Part shown: piece by piece, positions 1-8,526 of the stretch
Layout of the letters: every line of letters begins with the position of its first letter
Position numbering within the stretch: position 1 is the first letter of the stretch
Origin: a virus
DNA length: 16,819 nucleotides
Virus genome (UHGV): UHGV-0353285
Strand: one strand, 5' to 3'
Translations under genes and position numbers: made by a program
The notes under the pieces: generated by a model
Told to the model about the DNA's origin: nothing
Seen by the model: only the letters and a program-made list of their open reading frames with translations
Databases searched by the model: none

Positions 1-2
1 TT

Positions 3-1574
3 ATGACTGCTCAGCAGTTGCTCGGGCCCGACGGTAAAACGCCACTACGCCGTTACGCGGGGTATAACGGCGGCGGTCCCGGCTTCGGTGGCCAGCTGAT
101 TGACTGGAATGCACCACAGCAAAGCGCCGATGCGGCACTGCTGCCTAATTTTTATCGCGGTAACGCGCGAGCAGACGATCTCGTTCGTAATAACGGCGTC
201 GCGTCGAACGCCGTGCAGCTGCATCAGGATCATATCGTCGGCAATCTGTTTAAGTTGAGTTATCGCCCTAACTGGCGTTACATCGGGATATCTCGCGAGG
301 ACGCCAGGGCGCTGGCGCGTGACGTTGAGGTCGCGTGGACTGAATACGCCGAGGACCCTCACTGCACGATTGATATCGAGCGGAAACGGACGTTCACAAT
401 GATGATTCGCGAAGGCGTGGCCACTCACGCGTTCAACGGTGAAACCTGCGTACAACCGGTGTGGGAGAGCTGCGCCGGCAGCGTTTTTCGGACGCGATTC
501 AAAATGGTCTCACCGAAACGAATTCGAAATCCTGGCTACGCAGCTGACACTCAATTTCGCCGCGCCGGTGTTGATATCGATAAAAACGGGGCCGCGGTTG
601 GGTACTGGATAGCCGAGGATACCTATCCCCTCGGCGGAGTTGGTAAATGCCGGCGCATACCAGCAAAACTCAGCAGCGGCAGACACGCATTCATTCACAT
701 ATTCGAGCCGCTCGAGGACGGACAAACCCGCGGAGATAACATTTTTTACAGCGTAATGGAGCGGCTGAAAATGCTCGATACGCTGCAGCAAACACAGCTG
801 CAGAGCGCCATCGTGAAGGCGATGTACGCCGCCACAATCGAATCAGAGCTCGACAGCCAGCAGGCGTTTGAATATATCGCCGGCGCGGGTACTGATATCG
901 ACTCGAACCCGCTGAGTTCGTTTATTCAGAGTTACGTGACGTACTACAACGGCGCAAATATCAAGCTCGGTGGTGTGAAAGTTCCCCACCTGCATCCCGG
1001 CGACAAACTCAGTTTACAGACCGCTCAGAATGCTGATGCTGGTTTCAGTTCGCTGGAAAAATCACTCCTGCGTTACGTTGCCGCTGGCGTCGGCGCGTCA
1101 TATGAGGAACTGAGTCGGGACTACAGCCAGGTCAGTTACTCCAGCGCGCGGGCCAGCGCAAACGTGAGCTGGCGTTTTTTCATGGGCCGTCGACGTTTTA
1201 TCGCCGCACGACAGGCGTCACTGATGTTCTGCTGCTGGTTTGAGGAAGCTCTGGCGCGCGGAGTTATCACCCTGCCACGCTCAGCGGTCCGGTCGTTTTA
1301 TGAAGCGCGGAACTCCTGGACGAACGCGCTCTGGATCGGCGCTGGTCGCATGGCGATTGATGGGCTGAAAGAGGTTCAGGAGAGCGCCATGCGCATCACG
1401 ACTGGCCTCAGCACGTATCAGAACGAACTCGCGCTGCAGGGGCAGGACTACGAGGAGGTCATGGAACAACAGGAATACGAAATTCAGCGCCGGCGCGAAA
1501 TGGGGCTGAGCGAACCATCCTGGTCAGTATCTCACCCCTCAAATACCAACGATAACGGCTGGGGAGGTAACTGA
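3..1574 (+). CDS. Portal protein (lambda gpB-like)
   Basis: 523-aa ORF. The N-terminus (LLGPDG...YAGYNGGGPGFGGQL...LLPNF.RGNARADDLVRNNG...QLHQDHIVG) and the whole-length profile match lambda portal protein B as I recall it; size is close to lambda B. ATG at 3 is at the window edge, so a few N-terminal codons may be missing. Confidence 0.9.
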   Translation: MTAQQLLGPDGKTPLRRYAGYNGGGPGFGGQLIDWNAPQQSADAALLPNFYRGNARADDLVRNNGVASNAVQLHQDHIVGNLFKLSYRPNWRYIGISREDARALARDVEVAWTEYAEDPHCTIDIERKRTFTMMIREGVATHAFNGETCVQPVWESCAGSVFRTRFKMVSPKRIRNPGYAADTQFRRAGVDIDKNGAAVGYWIAEDTYPLGGVGKCRRIPAKLSSGRHAFIHIFEPLEDGQTRGDNIFYSVMERLKMLDTLQQTQLQSAIVKAMYAATIESELDSQQAFEYIAGAGTDIDSNPLSSFIQSYVTYYNGANIKLGGVKVPHLHPGDKLSLQTAQNADAGFSSLEKSLLRYVAAGVGASYEELSRDYSQVSYSSARASANVSWRFFMGRRRFIAARQASLMFCCWFEEALARGVITLPRSAVRSFYEARNSWTNALWIGAGRMAIDGLKEVQESAMRITTGLSTYQNELALQGQDYEEVMEQQEYEIQRRREMGLSEPSWSVSHPSNTNDNGWGGN

Positions 1575-2884
1575 TGCCGTGGAACAATTTTCCGCACCTC
1601 GCCGCTAGGGCGTTCAATCAACCGCTTTTGCTGGAGCCCGCCTACGCGCGGGTATTTTTTTCTGCGCTGAGCGACCGGTTCGGTACCGGGCGACTGATTG
1701 ATACAGCGTCAGGAGAGGTAATGAACAGCGACGAAATGAACGCGCTCGCGATGGGGTGGGACAGCAGCGAGCGAACACGCCAGAAATCGTATCGCGTGGA
1801 GCGTGGTATAGCCGTTCTGCCGGTTACCGGGACGCTGGTTCATAAATTGGGTTATATCAATCCGGTCAGCGGGATGAGTGGTTACGACGGAATCGCAAAA
1901 CGCCTGCAGCAGGCGATTTCTGATCCCGATGTTAAGGGGATCCTGCTGGATATTGATTCCCCTGGCGGTGAGGTCGCCGGCGCGTTTGATACCGCTGATT
2001 TAATCGCCCGGGCGCGAGAGCAAAAACCGGTGTGGGCGCTGGCCAGCGATACGGCCTGCAGCGCCGCATATTTGCTGGCGTCAGCGTGTTCGCGCCGGCT
2101 GATAACGCAGACCGGCACGGTTGGTTCAATCGGTGTCCTGATGGCTCACCGCTGCGTCGAAAAGGCGCTGGAGATTGCCGGCGTTGACGTGACGCTGATT
2201 TACGCCGGCGCGCACAAAGTCGACGGGAACCCGTATTCCCAGCTGCCCGACGACGTTCGCGACGAATTCCAGCTGAGTATTAACAGCACACGCGAGCAGT
2301 TCGCGCAAAAAGTCTCGGATTATACCGGGCTGAAAAAATCCAGGGTGCTGGCCACAGAGGCCGCAGTATTTATCGGCGCGGACGCGATTAAATCTGGTCT
2401 CGCTGATCAACTCGTTAATTACGCGGACGCTATCGCAGTGATGGCCGACGCACTGAAACCAAAAACGGAGCGATTTATGCCAGGTACAACAGAAACCACG
2501 GCGGAGACCACGACCACAGAACAAACCGCGGCTACGACTACGGTCGCGCCGGTTGAGTCCAACGCGGAGCAGATTCGCGCGGACGCCGCATCGAGCGAAC
2601 TGGCACGCGTGATGGCCATCATCAACTGTCCCGAAGCTGTTGGGCGCGAGGCGCAGGCAAAAGCGCTCGCTGCCGTCCCCGGGATGACGGTCGGGCAGGC
2701 GCAGGCTGTCCTCGCGGCAGCACCGCAAACAGCGCAGGCGCGGACAGAAACGGCGCTCGATACACTCATGAGCACTGAATCACCGGAAACTATTCAGGAT
2801 GCCGGCAGCACCACGGCAACAGGAACAACCGCAAACGTCTCGATGCTGGTCGCGGCAGGGCGTTCAATTTTAGGGGATGAATAA
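1574..2884 (+). CDS. Head maturation protease / minor capsid protein C (S49 ClpP-like peptidase family)
   Basis: 436-aa ORF directly after the portal, with GGAGG Shine-Dalgarno upstream and ATG overlapping the portal stop. Lambda gpC-like blocks are present (GIAVLPV.GTL, GYDGI..RLQQA..DP.V.GILLDIDSPGG, KPVWALA, HKVDGNPYS.LPDDVR). The C-terminal third is Thr/Ala/Gln-rich, as in the scaffold portion of lambda C. Confidence 0.88.
   Translation: MPWNNFPHLAARAFNQPLLLEPAYARVFFSALSDRFGTGRLIDTASGEVMNSDEMNALAMGWDSSERTRQKSYRVERGIAVLPVTGTLVHKLGYINPVSGMSGYDGIAKRLQQAISDPDVKGILLDIDSPGGEVAGAFDTADLIARAREQKPVWALASDTACSAAYLLASACSRRLITQTGTVGSIGVLMAHRCVEKALEIAGVDVTLIYAGAHKVDGNPYSQLPDDVRDEFQLSINSTREQFAQKVSDYTGLKKSRVLATEAAVFIGADAIKSGLADQLVNYADAIAVMADALKPKTERFMPGTTETTAETTTTEQTAATTTVAPVESNAEQIRADAASSELARVMAIINCPEAVGREAQAKALAAVPGMTVGQAQAVLAAAPQTAQARTETALDTLMSTESPETIQDAGSTTATGTTANVSMLVAAGRSILGDE
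2477..2884 (+). CDS. Putative nested scaffolding protein (Nu3-like), from an in-frame internal start within the protease gene
   Basis: In lambda, Nu3 is translated in frame from the 3' third of gene C. Here in-frame ATGs at 2441 and 2477 would give ~135-147-aa products with the same C-terminus. This is an inference by analogy; no strong SD was seen. Confidence 0.4.
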   Translation: MPGTTETTAETTTTEQTAATTTVAPVESNAEQIRADAASSELARVMAIINCPEAVGREAQAKALAAVPGMTVGQAQAVLAAAPQTAQARTETALDTLMSTESPETIQDAGSTTATGTTANVSMLVAAGRSILGDE

Positions 2885-3213
2885 TGACCACAGAAACGTA
2901 TAGCCCGGATGATTTTATTCTGGGACCCGATCTTGTTGTGACGACCGTCGGTCATTTTCAGGGCGGGATCAACGTACCCCGGCTGACACCGATTATGCTC
3001 GACGCTACTGCCGGGACGTTTAAAGTCTGGGACGGCTCAATTGGTAAGGCGGTTGGTCTCACAGCCACAGCAGTTAATACAGGCTCCAGTTCTGCAGACT
3101 GCTCGTACTACAAATCAGGATCGTTTCGTTATACGGCGATTAACTGGGGTACGGTTACTGACGTCGCTAAACGCAAATCAGCGTTTGCTGGTACGCCAGT
3201 CAGCGTTGGCTGA
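2884..3213 (+). CDS. Head decoration protein (lambda gpD-like)
   Basis: 109-aa ORF between protease and major capsid genes. Motifs LTPIMLDAT...KVWDG...YYKSGSFRY...AFAGT resemble lambda gpD (110 aa). SD AGGGGA upstream; start overlaps the upstream stop (TAATG). Confidence 0.8.
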   Translation: MTTETYSPDDFILGPDLVVTTVGHFQGGINVPRLTPIMLDATAGTFKVWDGSIGKAVGLTATAVNTGSSSADCSYYKSGSFRYTAINWGTVTDVAKRKSAFAGTPVSVG

Positions 3214-3234
3214 TAGCAAAAAAAAACTCAAAAC

Positions 3235-3259
3235 AAGCCGCCTCCGGGCGGTTTTTTTA
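3235..3259 (+). terminator. Rho-independent terminator-like hairpin between decoration and major capsid genes
   Basis: Stem CCGCC (3238-3242), loop TCCG, stem GGCGG (3247-3251), followed by T7 (3252-3258) and preceded by an A-run (3218-3226). Likely partial or attenuating, since the capsid gene follows in the same operon. Confidence 0.55.
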
Positions 3260-3273
3260 TACAGGATATATAA

Positions 3274-4308
3274 ATGAGCGATTCGTTTACTACGTCAGAA
3301 CTGATTACCGCAACGCAGCAGGTATTTAAGTTCAATCCGTTGTTTTTAAAATTGTTTTTCCGTGAGACCTACACGTTTACGAGCGAAGAGGTTTTTCTGG
3401 ATAAAATCCCGGGCAAAGTCAATATGGCGGTATATTGCGCCCCGATGATCACCGGCAAAGTTGACCGCACTCGCGGCTATTCAACGAACCACTTTAAACC
3501 GGGTTACACGAAACCGAAACACACGATCAATCCGAATATGAGCATCAAGCGCGCCGCCGGTGAGCAAATTGGCCAGCCAGAAACGCCGGTCGAACGTCGT
3601 GCAAAAATCATCATGCAGAATTTGCTCGACGAGGAGCTCAGCATCAGCCAGCTCGAAGAGTTCCAGGCAGTGCAGGCGGTTCTGTACGGTAAATACACCG
3701 TTTCCGGCAGCAATATCGAGACCTATGAGATCGACATGAGCCGCAGCGCGACGAATAACGTCACTCAGTCCGGTTCGACCGCCTGGTCGACTCAGGACGC
3801 GGAAACGTATGACCCGAGCGACGATATTGAATCCTATGCAGACCTCGCCTCCGGTGCGGTTAACGTGATCATCATGGACGGTAAAGCCTGGAAGCAGCTT
3901 AAACGCTTTAAAAAATTCTGGACGGCACTGGATACGCGCCGCGGCTCAAACAGTCAGCTCGAAGTCGCGCTGAAAAACCTGGGCGATGTCGTTAGCTTTA
4001 AGGGCTATTACGGCGACACGGCGCTGTTCGTTTACAAGGGTCAATATATTGACCCGCTAATAGGCACTGAAACGCGTTATATGCCGGATAACACGATGAT
4101 CCTGGGCAACACAAAAAATCGCGGGCTCCGCACCTATGGCGCGATCCAGGACGAGGACGCGCTGAAAGAGGGTATCTGCGAAGCCACGCGCTATCCAAAA
4201 GTGTGGACGACGACCGGCGATCCGGCAGTGACGCAAACAATGACGCAATCCGCGCCAGCAATGGTCCTCACCGACGCTGATGCGTTCGTCGTCGTAAAAA
4301 TCGCGTAA
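3274..4308 (+). CDS. Major capsid protein (lambda gpE-like)
   Basis: 344-aa ORF. Strong resemblance to lambda E across the length (FKF.PLFL.LFFRE, PGYTKPKH, IIMQN..DEEL.I.Q.EE.QAV.AVL.GKYT, TYDP.DDIE.YA, DTRRGSNS.LE, RGLRTYG.IQD, RYPK.W.TTGDP). AGGA SD upstream. Confidence 0.92.
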   Translation: MSDSFTTSELITATQQVFKFNPLFLKLFFRETYTFTSEEVFLDKIPGKVNMAVYCAPMITGKVDRTRGYSTNHFKPGYTKPKHTINPNMSIKRAAGEQIGQPETPVERRAKIIMQNLLDEELSISQLEEFQAVQAVLYGKYTVSGSNIETYEIDMSRSATNNVTQSGSTAWSTQDAETYDPSDDIESYADLASGAVNVIIMDGKAWKQLKRFKKFWTALDTRRGSNSQLEVALKNLGDVVSFKGYYGDTALFVYKGQYIDPLIGTETRYMPDNTMILGNTKNRGLRTYGAIQDEDALKEGICEATRYPKVWTTTGDPAVTQTMTQSAPAMVLTDADAFVVVKIA

Positions 4309-4330
4309 GAGCCGAAGGCTCTTTTTTTTA
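4306..4330 (+). terminator. Rho-independent terminator-like hairpin after the major capsid gene
   Basis: Stem AGAGCC (4308-4313), loop GAA, stem GGCTCT (4317-4322), then a T-run (4322-4329). Overlaps the TAA stop of the capsid gene. Confidence 0.6.
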
Positions 4331-4340
4331 AGGAATTAAC

Positions 4341-4760
4341 ATGAGCACAAAAACAGAATTGCTGGCGCGCATTGACGATTTGAGCGCCCAGCTCGGTCGC
4401 GAATTACCGCGCAGCGGGACTATTGCTGAACTGGAATCAATCGTCGCCGGCGCTGAGTCAGAGCTCGATATTCTGAACGAGCAATCTGGTGACGCGGGAG
4501 GCATCGAGATCACGGTGAATGCTGCGCCCGGGACGGATAGCGATCTCGCTCAATCAATCGCGAGCGCTATCGTTTCACAGTCACAAGAACCGGAGCTCGC
4601 ACCGGCTACGCACCGCGTTAAGCTGCGAAACACGCTGGACGTTTATCACTACGTGAACGGGCGTCGCGTTCGCGAGATTGTTGCTGCTGGCCGGGAAATT
4701 GTTGTTGATTCACCGGAGGTTGCAGACCTCATCGCAGCTGATCACGTTTACGCGCTATGA
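4341..4760 (+). CDS. DNA packaging / head assembly protein, lambda FI-like
   Basis: 139-aa acidic ORF in the position of lambda FI. The N-terminus (MSTKTELLARIDDLSAQLGREL) resembles the start of lambda FI as I recall it. AAGGA SD upstream. Confidence 0.55.
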   Translation: MSTKTELLARIDDLSAQLGRELPRSGTIAELESIVAGAESELDILNEQSGDAGGIEITVNAAPGTDSDLAQSIASAIVSQSQEPELAPATHRVKLRNTLDVYHYVNGRRVREIVAAGREIVVDSPEVADLIAADHVYAL

Positions 4761-5137
4761 GCTACTACGATGACCTCCGGGCTGGCGACGAGGAGATGAT
4801 CCGTGAGTGGGGACGGCCCGTTAAATTACGCGGTAAAACCGACCCCATTATCGCTATTTTCAACGAGCCTTACGCGCGCGTTGACGTTCCTCACGCTGGT
4901 TTTATTACCGGTACAGTAACGAGCCTGACAGCGCTCTCAGACGACGTCGCTGGCGTTGTTGCGCGTGACGTTGTCCAGGTCCCAAAGCAGCGCAGTATCG
5001 CTGCTGACGGCTCTGTTACCTGGTCTGACTGGACCGATTACGTGGTTAAAGAGCCTCAACCGGATGGCATCGGTCTCACGAATATTTTTTTAGAGCCTCA
5101 CACGTCCAGCGAAAACAGCGAGTATTCAAAATACTAA
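4757..5137 (+). CDS. Putative head-tail joining (head completion) protein, FII-like by position
   Basis: 126-aa ORF with start overlapping the FI-like stop (ATGA). Assignment is by synteny with lambda FII and small size; sequence resemblance is not confidently recognised. Confidence 0.4.
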   Translation: MSYYDDLRAGDEEMIREWGRPVKLRGKTDPIIAIFNEPYARVDVPHAGFITGTVTSLTALSDDVAGVVARDVVQVPKQRSIAADGSVTWSDWTDYVVKEPQPDGIGLTNIFLEPHTSSENSEYSKY

Positions 5138-5157
5138 GTGGGACCGCGGTCCCACTT
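5136..5157. repeat. 22-bp perfect palindrome AAGTGGGACCG/CGGTCCCACTT
   Basis: Read directly: aagtgggaccgcggtcccactt, a perfect inverted repeat centred on a CCGCGG core. It overlaps the stop codon of the FII-like gene and has no downstream T-tract. Confidence 0.6.
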
Positions 5158-5168
5158 AAGGGGGAACC

Positions 5169-5849
5169 GTGGCCGATTTACGTAGTAACGCGCAGATGTT
5201 CGATATCGATGTTTCGGCGCTGGAGCAGCTCAGAGTCGAAATCAGCGCGACGCAACATCAGATGCTGATGGCATACAACAGAGCGCTGAACCGAACTGCA
5301 AAGTATATGCACCGAATTTCAGCAGGAATGATTTTGACTGCACTGGCAGCTAAAAATCATAAGGCCGTAAATAAACGAATCAAACCGTTCATTAAGCGCC
5401 GCAATTTTACAAAAGAAGGGGCAGGAGATCTGAGTAGCGTAAAACTCTGGTACGGCCTGAACGATTTCCGTGTATCTGAGCTAAAGGGGCGATTACAAAA
5501 TCCCAGGAAGCAGAAGCAGCCTCGCAATCCAGAGACCGGTCAATTTTTGAAAACAAAAAAAGGCGCTCGAGGGGCGGCTTTTACACCCAAAAGTGCAGGG
5601 CTGGCGATGATGAGTTGGCCAGATTCATTCGTAGCTAAGCGCTACGGTGCGAAAAGTGTCTGGATTCGGCTGGCTCGCGGAGGAATCGAAGAGGCTCGCG
5701 TACCTGTGCACGACGCGCTGGAGGATGCTATCGATGATTATATTTTTGAAAACATTGGCTCTGTTTTTATGGGCTTTTTTGAGAAAGATTTACGCGGTCG
5801 AGTGAAAGGTAATGTCCACGTAGACCCAAAAACAGGGAAACGATTATGA
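5169..5849 (+). CDS. Putative tail completion protein (lambda gpZ-like), basic
   Basis: 226-aa ORF with GTG start preceded by AGGGGGA. Lys/Arg-rich with loose resemblance to lambda gpZ and in the equivalent position after FII. The functional call is tentative. Confidence 0.4.
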   Translation: MADLRSNAQMFDIDVSALEQLRVEISATQHQMLMAYNRALNRTAKYMHRISAGMILTALAAKNHKAVNKRIKPFIKRRNFTKEGAGDLSSVKLWYGLNDFRVSELKGRLQNPRKQKQPRNPETGQFLKTKKGARGAAFTPKSAGLAMMSWPDSFVAKRYGAKSVWIRLARGGIEEARVPVHDALEDAIDDYIFENIGSVFMGFFEKDLRGRVKGNVHVDPKTGKRL

Positions 5850-6382
5850 GCGGGCTGGATGCATTTGACGAATATCTTGATCGCGTTAAAGGCGCGGTTT
5901 TACAAATACCGTTCATCAAAACATTCGGCATTTATCCAGAAATTCCGGCAGGATTTGAAACGCCAGCTCTGTTCCTGGAAATCAGCAACTGGTCACAGAG
6001 TGACGAAGCTGTTCCAGGCTCAATTCAGTCAGTCGAGCTGTCGTGTAATTTGTATTTGCTGCGTGAGTTTGCTGCAGATCAGTACGGACTGAAATCGCAG
6101 AATGCAGCGCTCTATATGACGAGCTGGATTGATGGGCGAATGTTCGGTCCCGGAACTAAACCGGCAAAATTCAGCGACGCGGAACCATGTGACTGGATTA
6201 AAAACGGGCAGTCAGTCGGTTCGCATTCAGTTCAGTGCGTGTCGTTCACGCAGGTTGTAGGCGTTGGTCCAGATATTTTCGATTATCCCTCACAGGGAAC
6301 CCTGAAAAATATATACGTCGGAATAGCGCCAGATATCGGCGCAGAACACGAGAGCGACTACTATGGCCCAATCGGACGATGA
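5846..6382 (+). CDS. Hypothetical virion morphogenesis protein (possible tail terminator/completion protein)
   Basis: 178-aa ORF with ATGA overlap to the upstream gene and AGGGA SD. It lies between head-completion genes and the baseplate genes. No confident family recognition. Confidence 0.3.
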   Translation: MSGLDAFDEYLDRVKGAVLQIPFIKTFGIYPEIPAGFETPALFLEISNWSQSDEAVPGSIQSVELSCNLYLLREFAADQYGLKSQNAALYMTSWIDGRMFGPGTKPAKFSDAEPCDWIKNGQSVGSHSVQCVSFTQVVGVGPDIFDYPSQGTLKNIYVGIAPDIGAEHESDYYGPIGR

Positions 6383-7265
6383 ATATGCTGCAGCGGAGAA
6401 CGCGCGCAGGCTGCGTGACGCAGTTAAACGAGGCACGATAGCTGCAGTTAAAATGAATCCTCCCCGCTGCCGAGTCTCATTTGGTGGCGAACACCAGTCA
6501 GGCTGGCTGCAGTGGTTTACTCACGCCACCTCAGAACGCGTCGACTGGAGCGCACCATCAGTGGGCGATCCCGTTACTGTTGTTTCTGAGGGTGGGGACA
6601 CGCGGAACGGCGTAGTTATGCTCGGGCTGCACATTGACAACAAAGCTCCGCCCAGTAATGACCCCCATGATCATGTCACTGCATACTGTGACGGGGCTAC
6701 GATGACGTATAACACAAAAAATCACACTCTGACATGGCAGGGCGTACCGGACGGCGTAGTAAAAATACTCGGTGAGTCTGAAATAGAAATATTCGGACGT
6801 GCAGACGTTACTATTAATAGCGAAAACGTTGTCAATATTCACGGTGGAAAATTAATTAACGCAGACGCTGACATTATTAATGTGACAGCAACAGACACAA
6901 TTAACGCACATGCTGATTTAGTGAACGTTATAGCAACGAGTTCTGTTAGTGTTACTGCTGCGAACAGAATATCGCTGACAGCTCAAACAATCAGTGCGTG
7001 GGCTCCGGGTGGGATAACACTAGCTGGTCCAACTCATATTACCGAGACATTAGTAGTAGATAAATTAGCGACATTCCGTAACGATATTTCTGTCACTGGA
7101 GATAACGGTGGAACAGGTAATATCACAACCCGCGGTAGTGTGTTAGCAGGGCAAGAGGTACGGGACCGACAAGGCACAATGAATGAGATGCGTATTACAT
7201 ATAACGGGCATACGCACATATGCCCTGACGGAGAAACAGAGAAACCAAATCAACCAATGGCGTAA
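6363..7265 (+). CDS. Baseplate central spike / assembly protein V (P2 gpV-like)
   Basis: 300-aa ORF. The N-terminal domain has the gpV-type signature (RCRV..GG...GWLQW..HA......W.APSVGD.V). The middle is a beta-helix-like repeat region (INADADIINVTATDTINAHADLVNVIATSSVSVTA). The C-terminus carries a His-rich apex (YNGHTHICPDG). Confidence 0.85.
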   Translation: MAQSDDEYAAAENARRLRDAVKRGTIAAVKMNPPRCRVSFGGEHQSGWLQWFTHATSERVDWSAPSVGDPVTVVSEGGDTRNGVVMLGLHIDNKAPPSNDPHDHVTAYCDGATMTYNTKNHTLTWQGVPDGVVKILGESEIEIFGRADVTINSENVVNIHGGKLINADADIINVTATDTINAHADLVNVIATSSVSVTAANRISLTAQTISAWAPGGITLAGPTHITETLVVDKLATFRNDISVTGDNGGTGNITTRGSVLAGQEVRDRQGTMNEMRITYNGHTHICPDGETEKPNQPMA

Positions 7266-7267
7266 AT

Positions 7268-7609
7268 ATGCTTGGAATGAACCGTGACACCGGTAAGCCT
7301 TTATCGGGGACTGATCACATTTGTCAGTCTATCGTTGATATTTTAACGACCCCGCTGGGAACCCGTGTAATGCTGCCGGAATATGGAAGCAAATTATTTG
7401 ACCTTGTTGATAATCCCACAGATCCATCGCTTGCTATGCGGATAATTATGGAAAGCGCTGGCGCAATAGCACGCTGGGAACCACGCGTCAGAATTGACAG
7501 AATAAATGTGTTAGCAGTGGATATCGGGAAAATAACAATATTAATTATCGCAACAGATATCGAAACACAACAGCGATTAGAGTTTAATAATATGGAGCTG
7601 ATATTTTGA
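7268..7609 (+). CDS. Baseplate wedge protein W (GPW/gp25 family)
   Basis: 113-aa ORF immediately after V. Motifs GMNR.TG, I.QSI.DIL.TP.G.RVM.P.YGS and WEPRV are typical of gpW/gp25 proteins. Confidence 0.85.
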   Translation: MLGMNRDTGKPLSGTDHICQSIVDILTTPLGTRVMLPEYGSKLFDLVDNPTDPSLAMRIIMESAGAIARWEPRVRIDRINVLAVDIGKITILIIATDIETQQRLEFNNMELIF

Positions 7610-8526
7610 TAACATCAACAGTTCAAAACTCGATAGTGAAAACTATTGATATGAGTCTGCTTCCGCCGCCAGCATTCGTTAAAACCCCGTTATTTTCAGA
7701 TGTTAAATCTAATCTACTGTCAGAGCTGCAGATATTATATCCACAATTTAACGCGCTCCTGGAGTCAGACCCAGCAGTTAAACTGCTGGAAATAGTTGCA
7801 TACAGAGAAATTATCATTACAGCCCGGGTAAATCAGGGGATGCTCGCTGTATTGCTCGCATTCGCAAAAAATAGCGATCTCGACCAGATTGGCGCTAATT
7901 TTGACTGCCTGCGGCTGTTGATAACGCCAGCTAATCCCGACTCAGTCCCCCCGACTGAAGCGGTTTACGAGAGTGACGACGAGTATCGTCATCGCATACA
8001 ACTATCATGGTACGCGCGGAATACTGCCGGCAGTACAAACGCGTATAACTATTTCGCGCTATCGAGTGATCCCGATGTTCTGTCAGCGCAGGCATACGGC
8101 CCGCCTGTGACTCAGCCAGGGTACGTCGATATGTACGTTTTGTCCCGGACAGGCGACGGTGTACCCCCGCAATCACTACTGAATACAGTGAATGCGGCCC
8201 TGTCTCCTGACGACACTCGGCCACTAACTGATTTCGTGACCGTAAAACCTGCGTCGAACCTGAATTACCGGGTTGAGGCCGTTATCGTAGCGGGGCTCGG
8301 TCCCGACCAGAACGTATTACTCAACGGCGCGCAGAGCGATCTTGAAGTCTACGTGACCACACAACATAAAATCGGGGCAACAGCAGCTCTGTCAGGAATT
8401 TACGACGCGATACATCGCGACGGCACTGAGCGTGTGATTCTGATATCACCGACAGAGGATGCGATCGCCGGCGTCGGACAGGCTCCACACTGCACAGAAA
8501 TCAAACTCAGCGTACAGATGGGGTGA
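7606..8526 (+). CDS. Baseplate protein J (P2 gpJ-like)
   Basis: 306-aa ORF following W with gpJ-like blocks (LLE..AYRE, IGAN...RL.ITPA, DDEYR.RIQ). The start is uncertain: TTG at 7606 overlapping the W stop, or ATG at 7651 (MSLLPPPAF). Confidence 0.85.
   Translation: MITSTVQNSIVKTIDMSLLPPPAFVKTPLFSDVKSNLLSELQILYPQFNALLESDPAVKLLEIVAYREIIITARVNQGMLAVLLAFAKNSDLDQIGANFDCLRLLITPANPDSVPPTEAVYESDDEYRHRIQLSWYARNTAGSTNAYNYFALSSDPDVLSAQAYGPPVTQPGYVDMYVLSRTGDGVPPQSLLNTVNAALSPDDTRPLTDFVTVKPASNLNYRVEAVIVAGLGPDQNVLLNGAQSDLEVYVTTQHKIGATAALSGIYDAIHRDGTERVILISPTEDAIAGVGQAPHCTEIKLSVQMG

Noticed and set aside
45-455. 136-aa reverse-strand ORF within the portal gene
   Set aside because: Antisense shadow ORF in a GC-rich gene; the portal assignment on the + strand fully explains the region.
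2126-2728. 200-aa reverse-strand ORF (and neighbours 1882-2118, 1932-2129, 2419-2775) inside the protease gene
   Set aside because: They lie antisense to a well-supported GC-rich coding region, and their translations are Arg/Cys/Ala-rich low-complexity sequence typical of shadow ORFs. No SD or recognisable family.
3041-3277. 78-aa + strand ORF overlapping the decoration gene in another frame
   Set aside because: Out-of-frame overlap with the gpD-like gene. It spans the terminator hairpin and has a basic low-complexity translation, so it is likely spurious.
5859-6092. 77-aa + strand ORF nested in the 5846-6382 gene, and the 6235-6441 ORF
   Set aside because: Alternative-frame ORFs overlapping better-supported genes, with no independent evidence.
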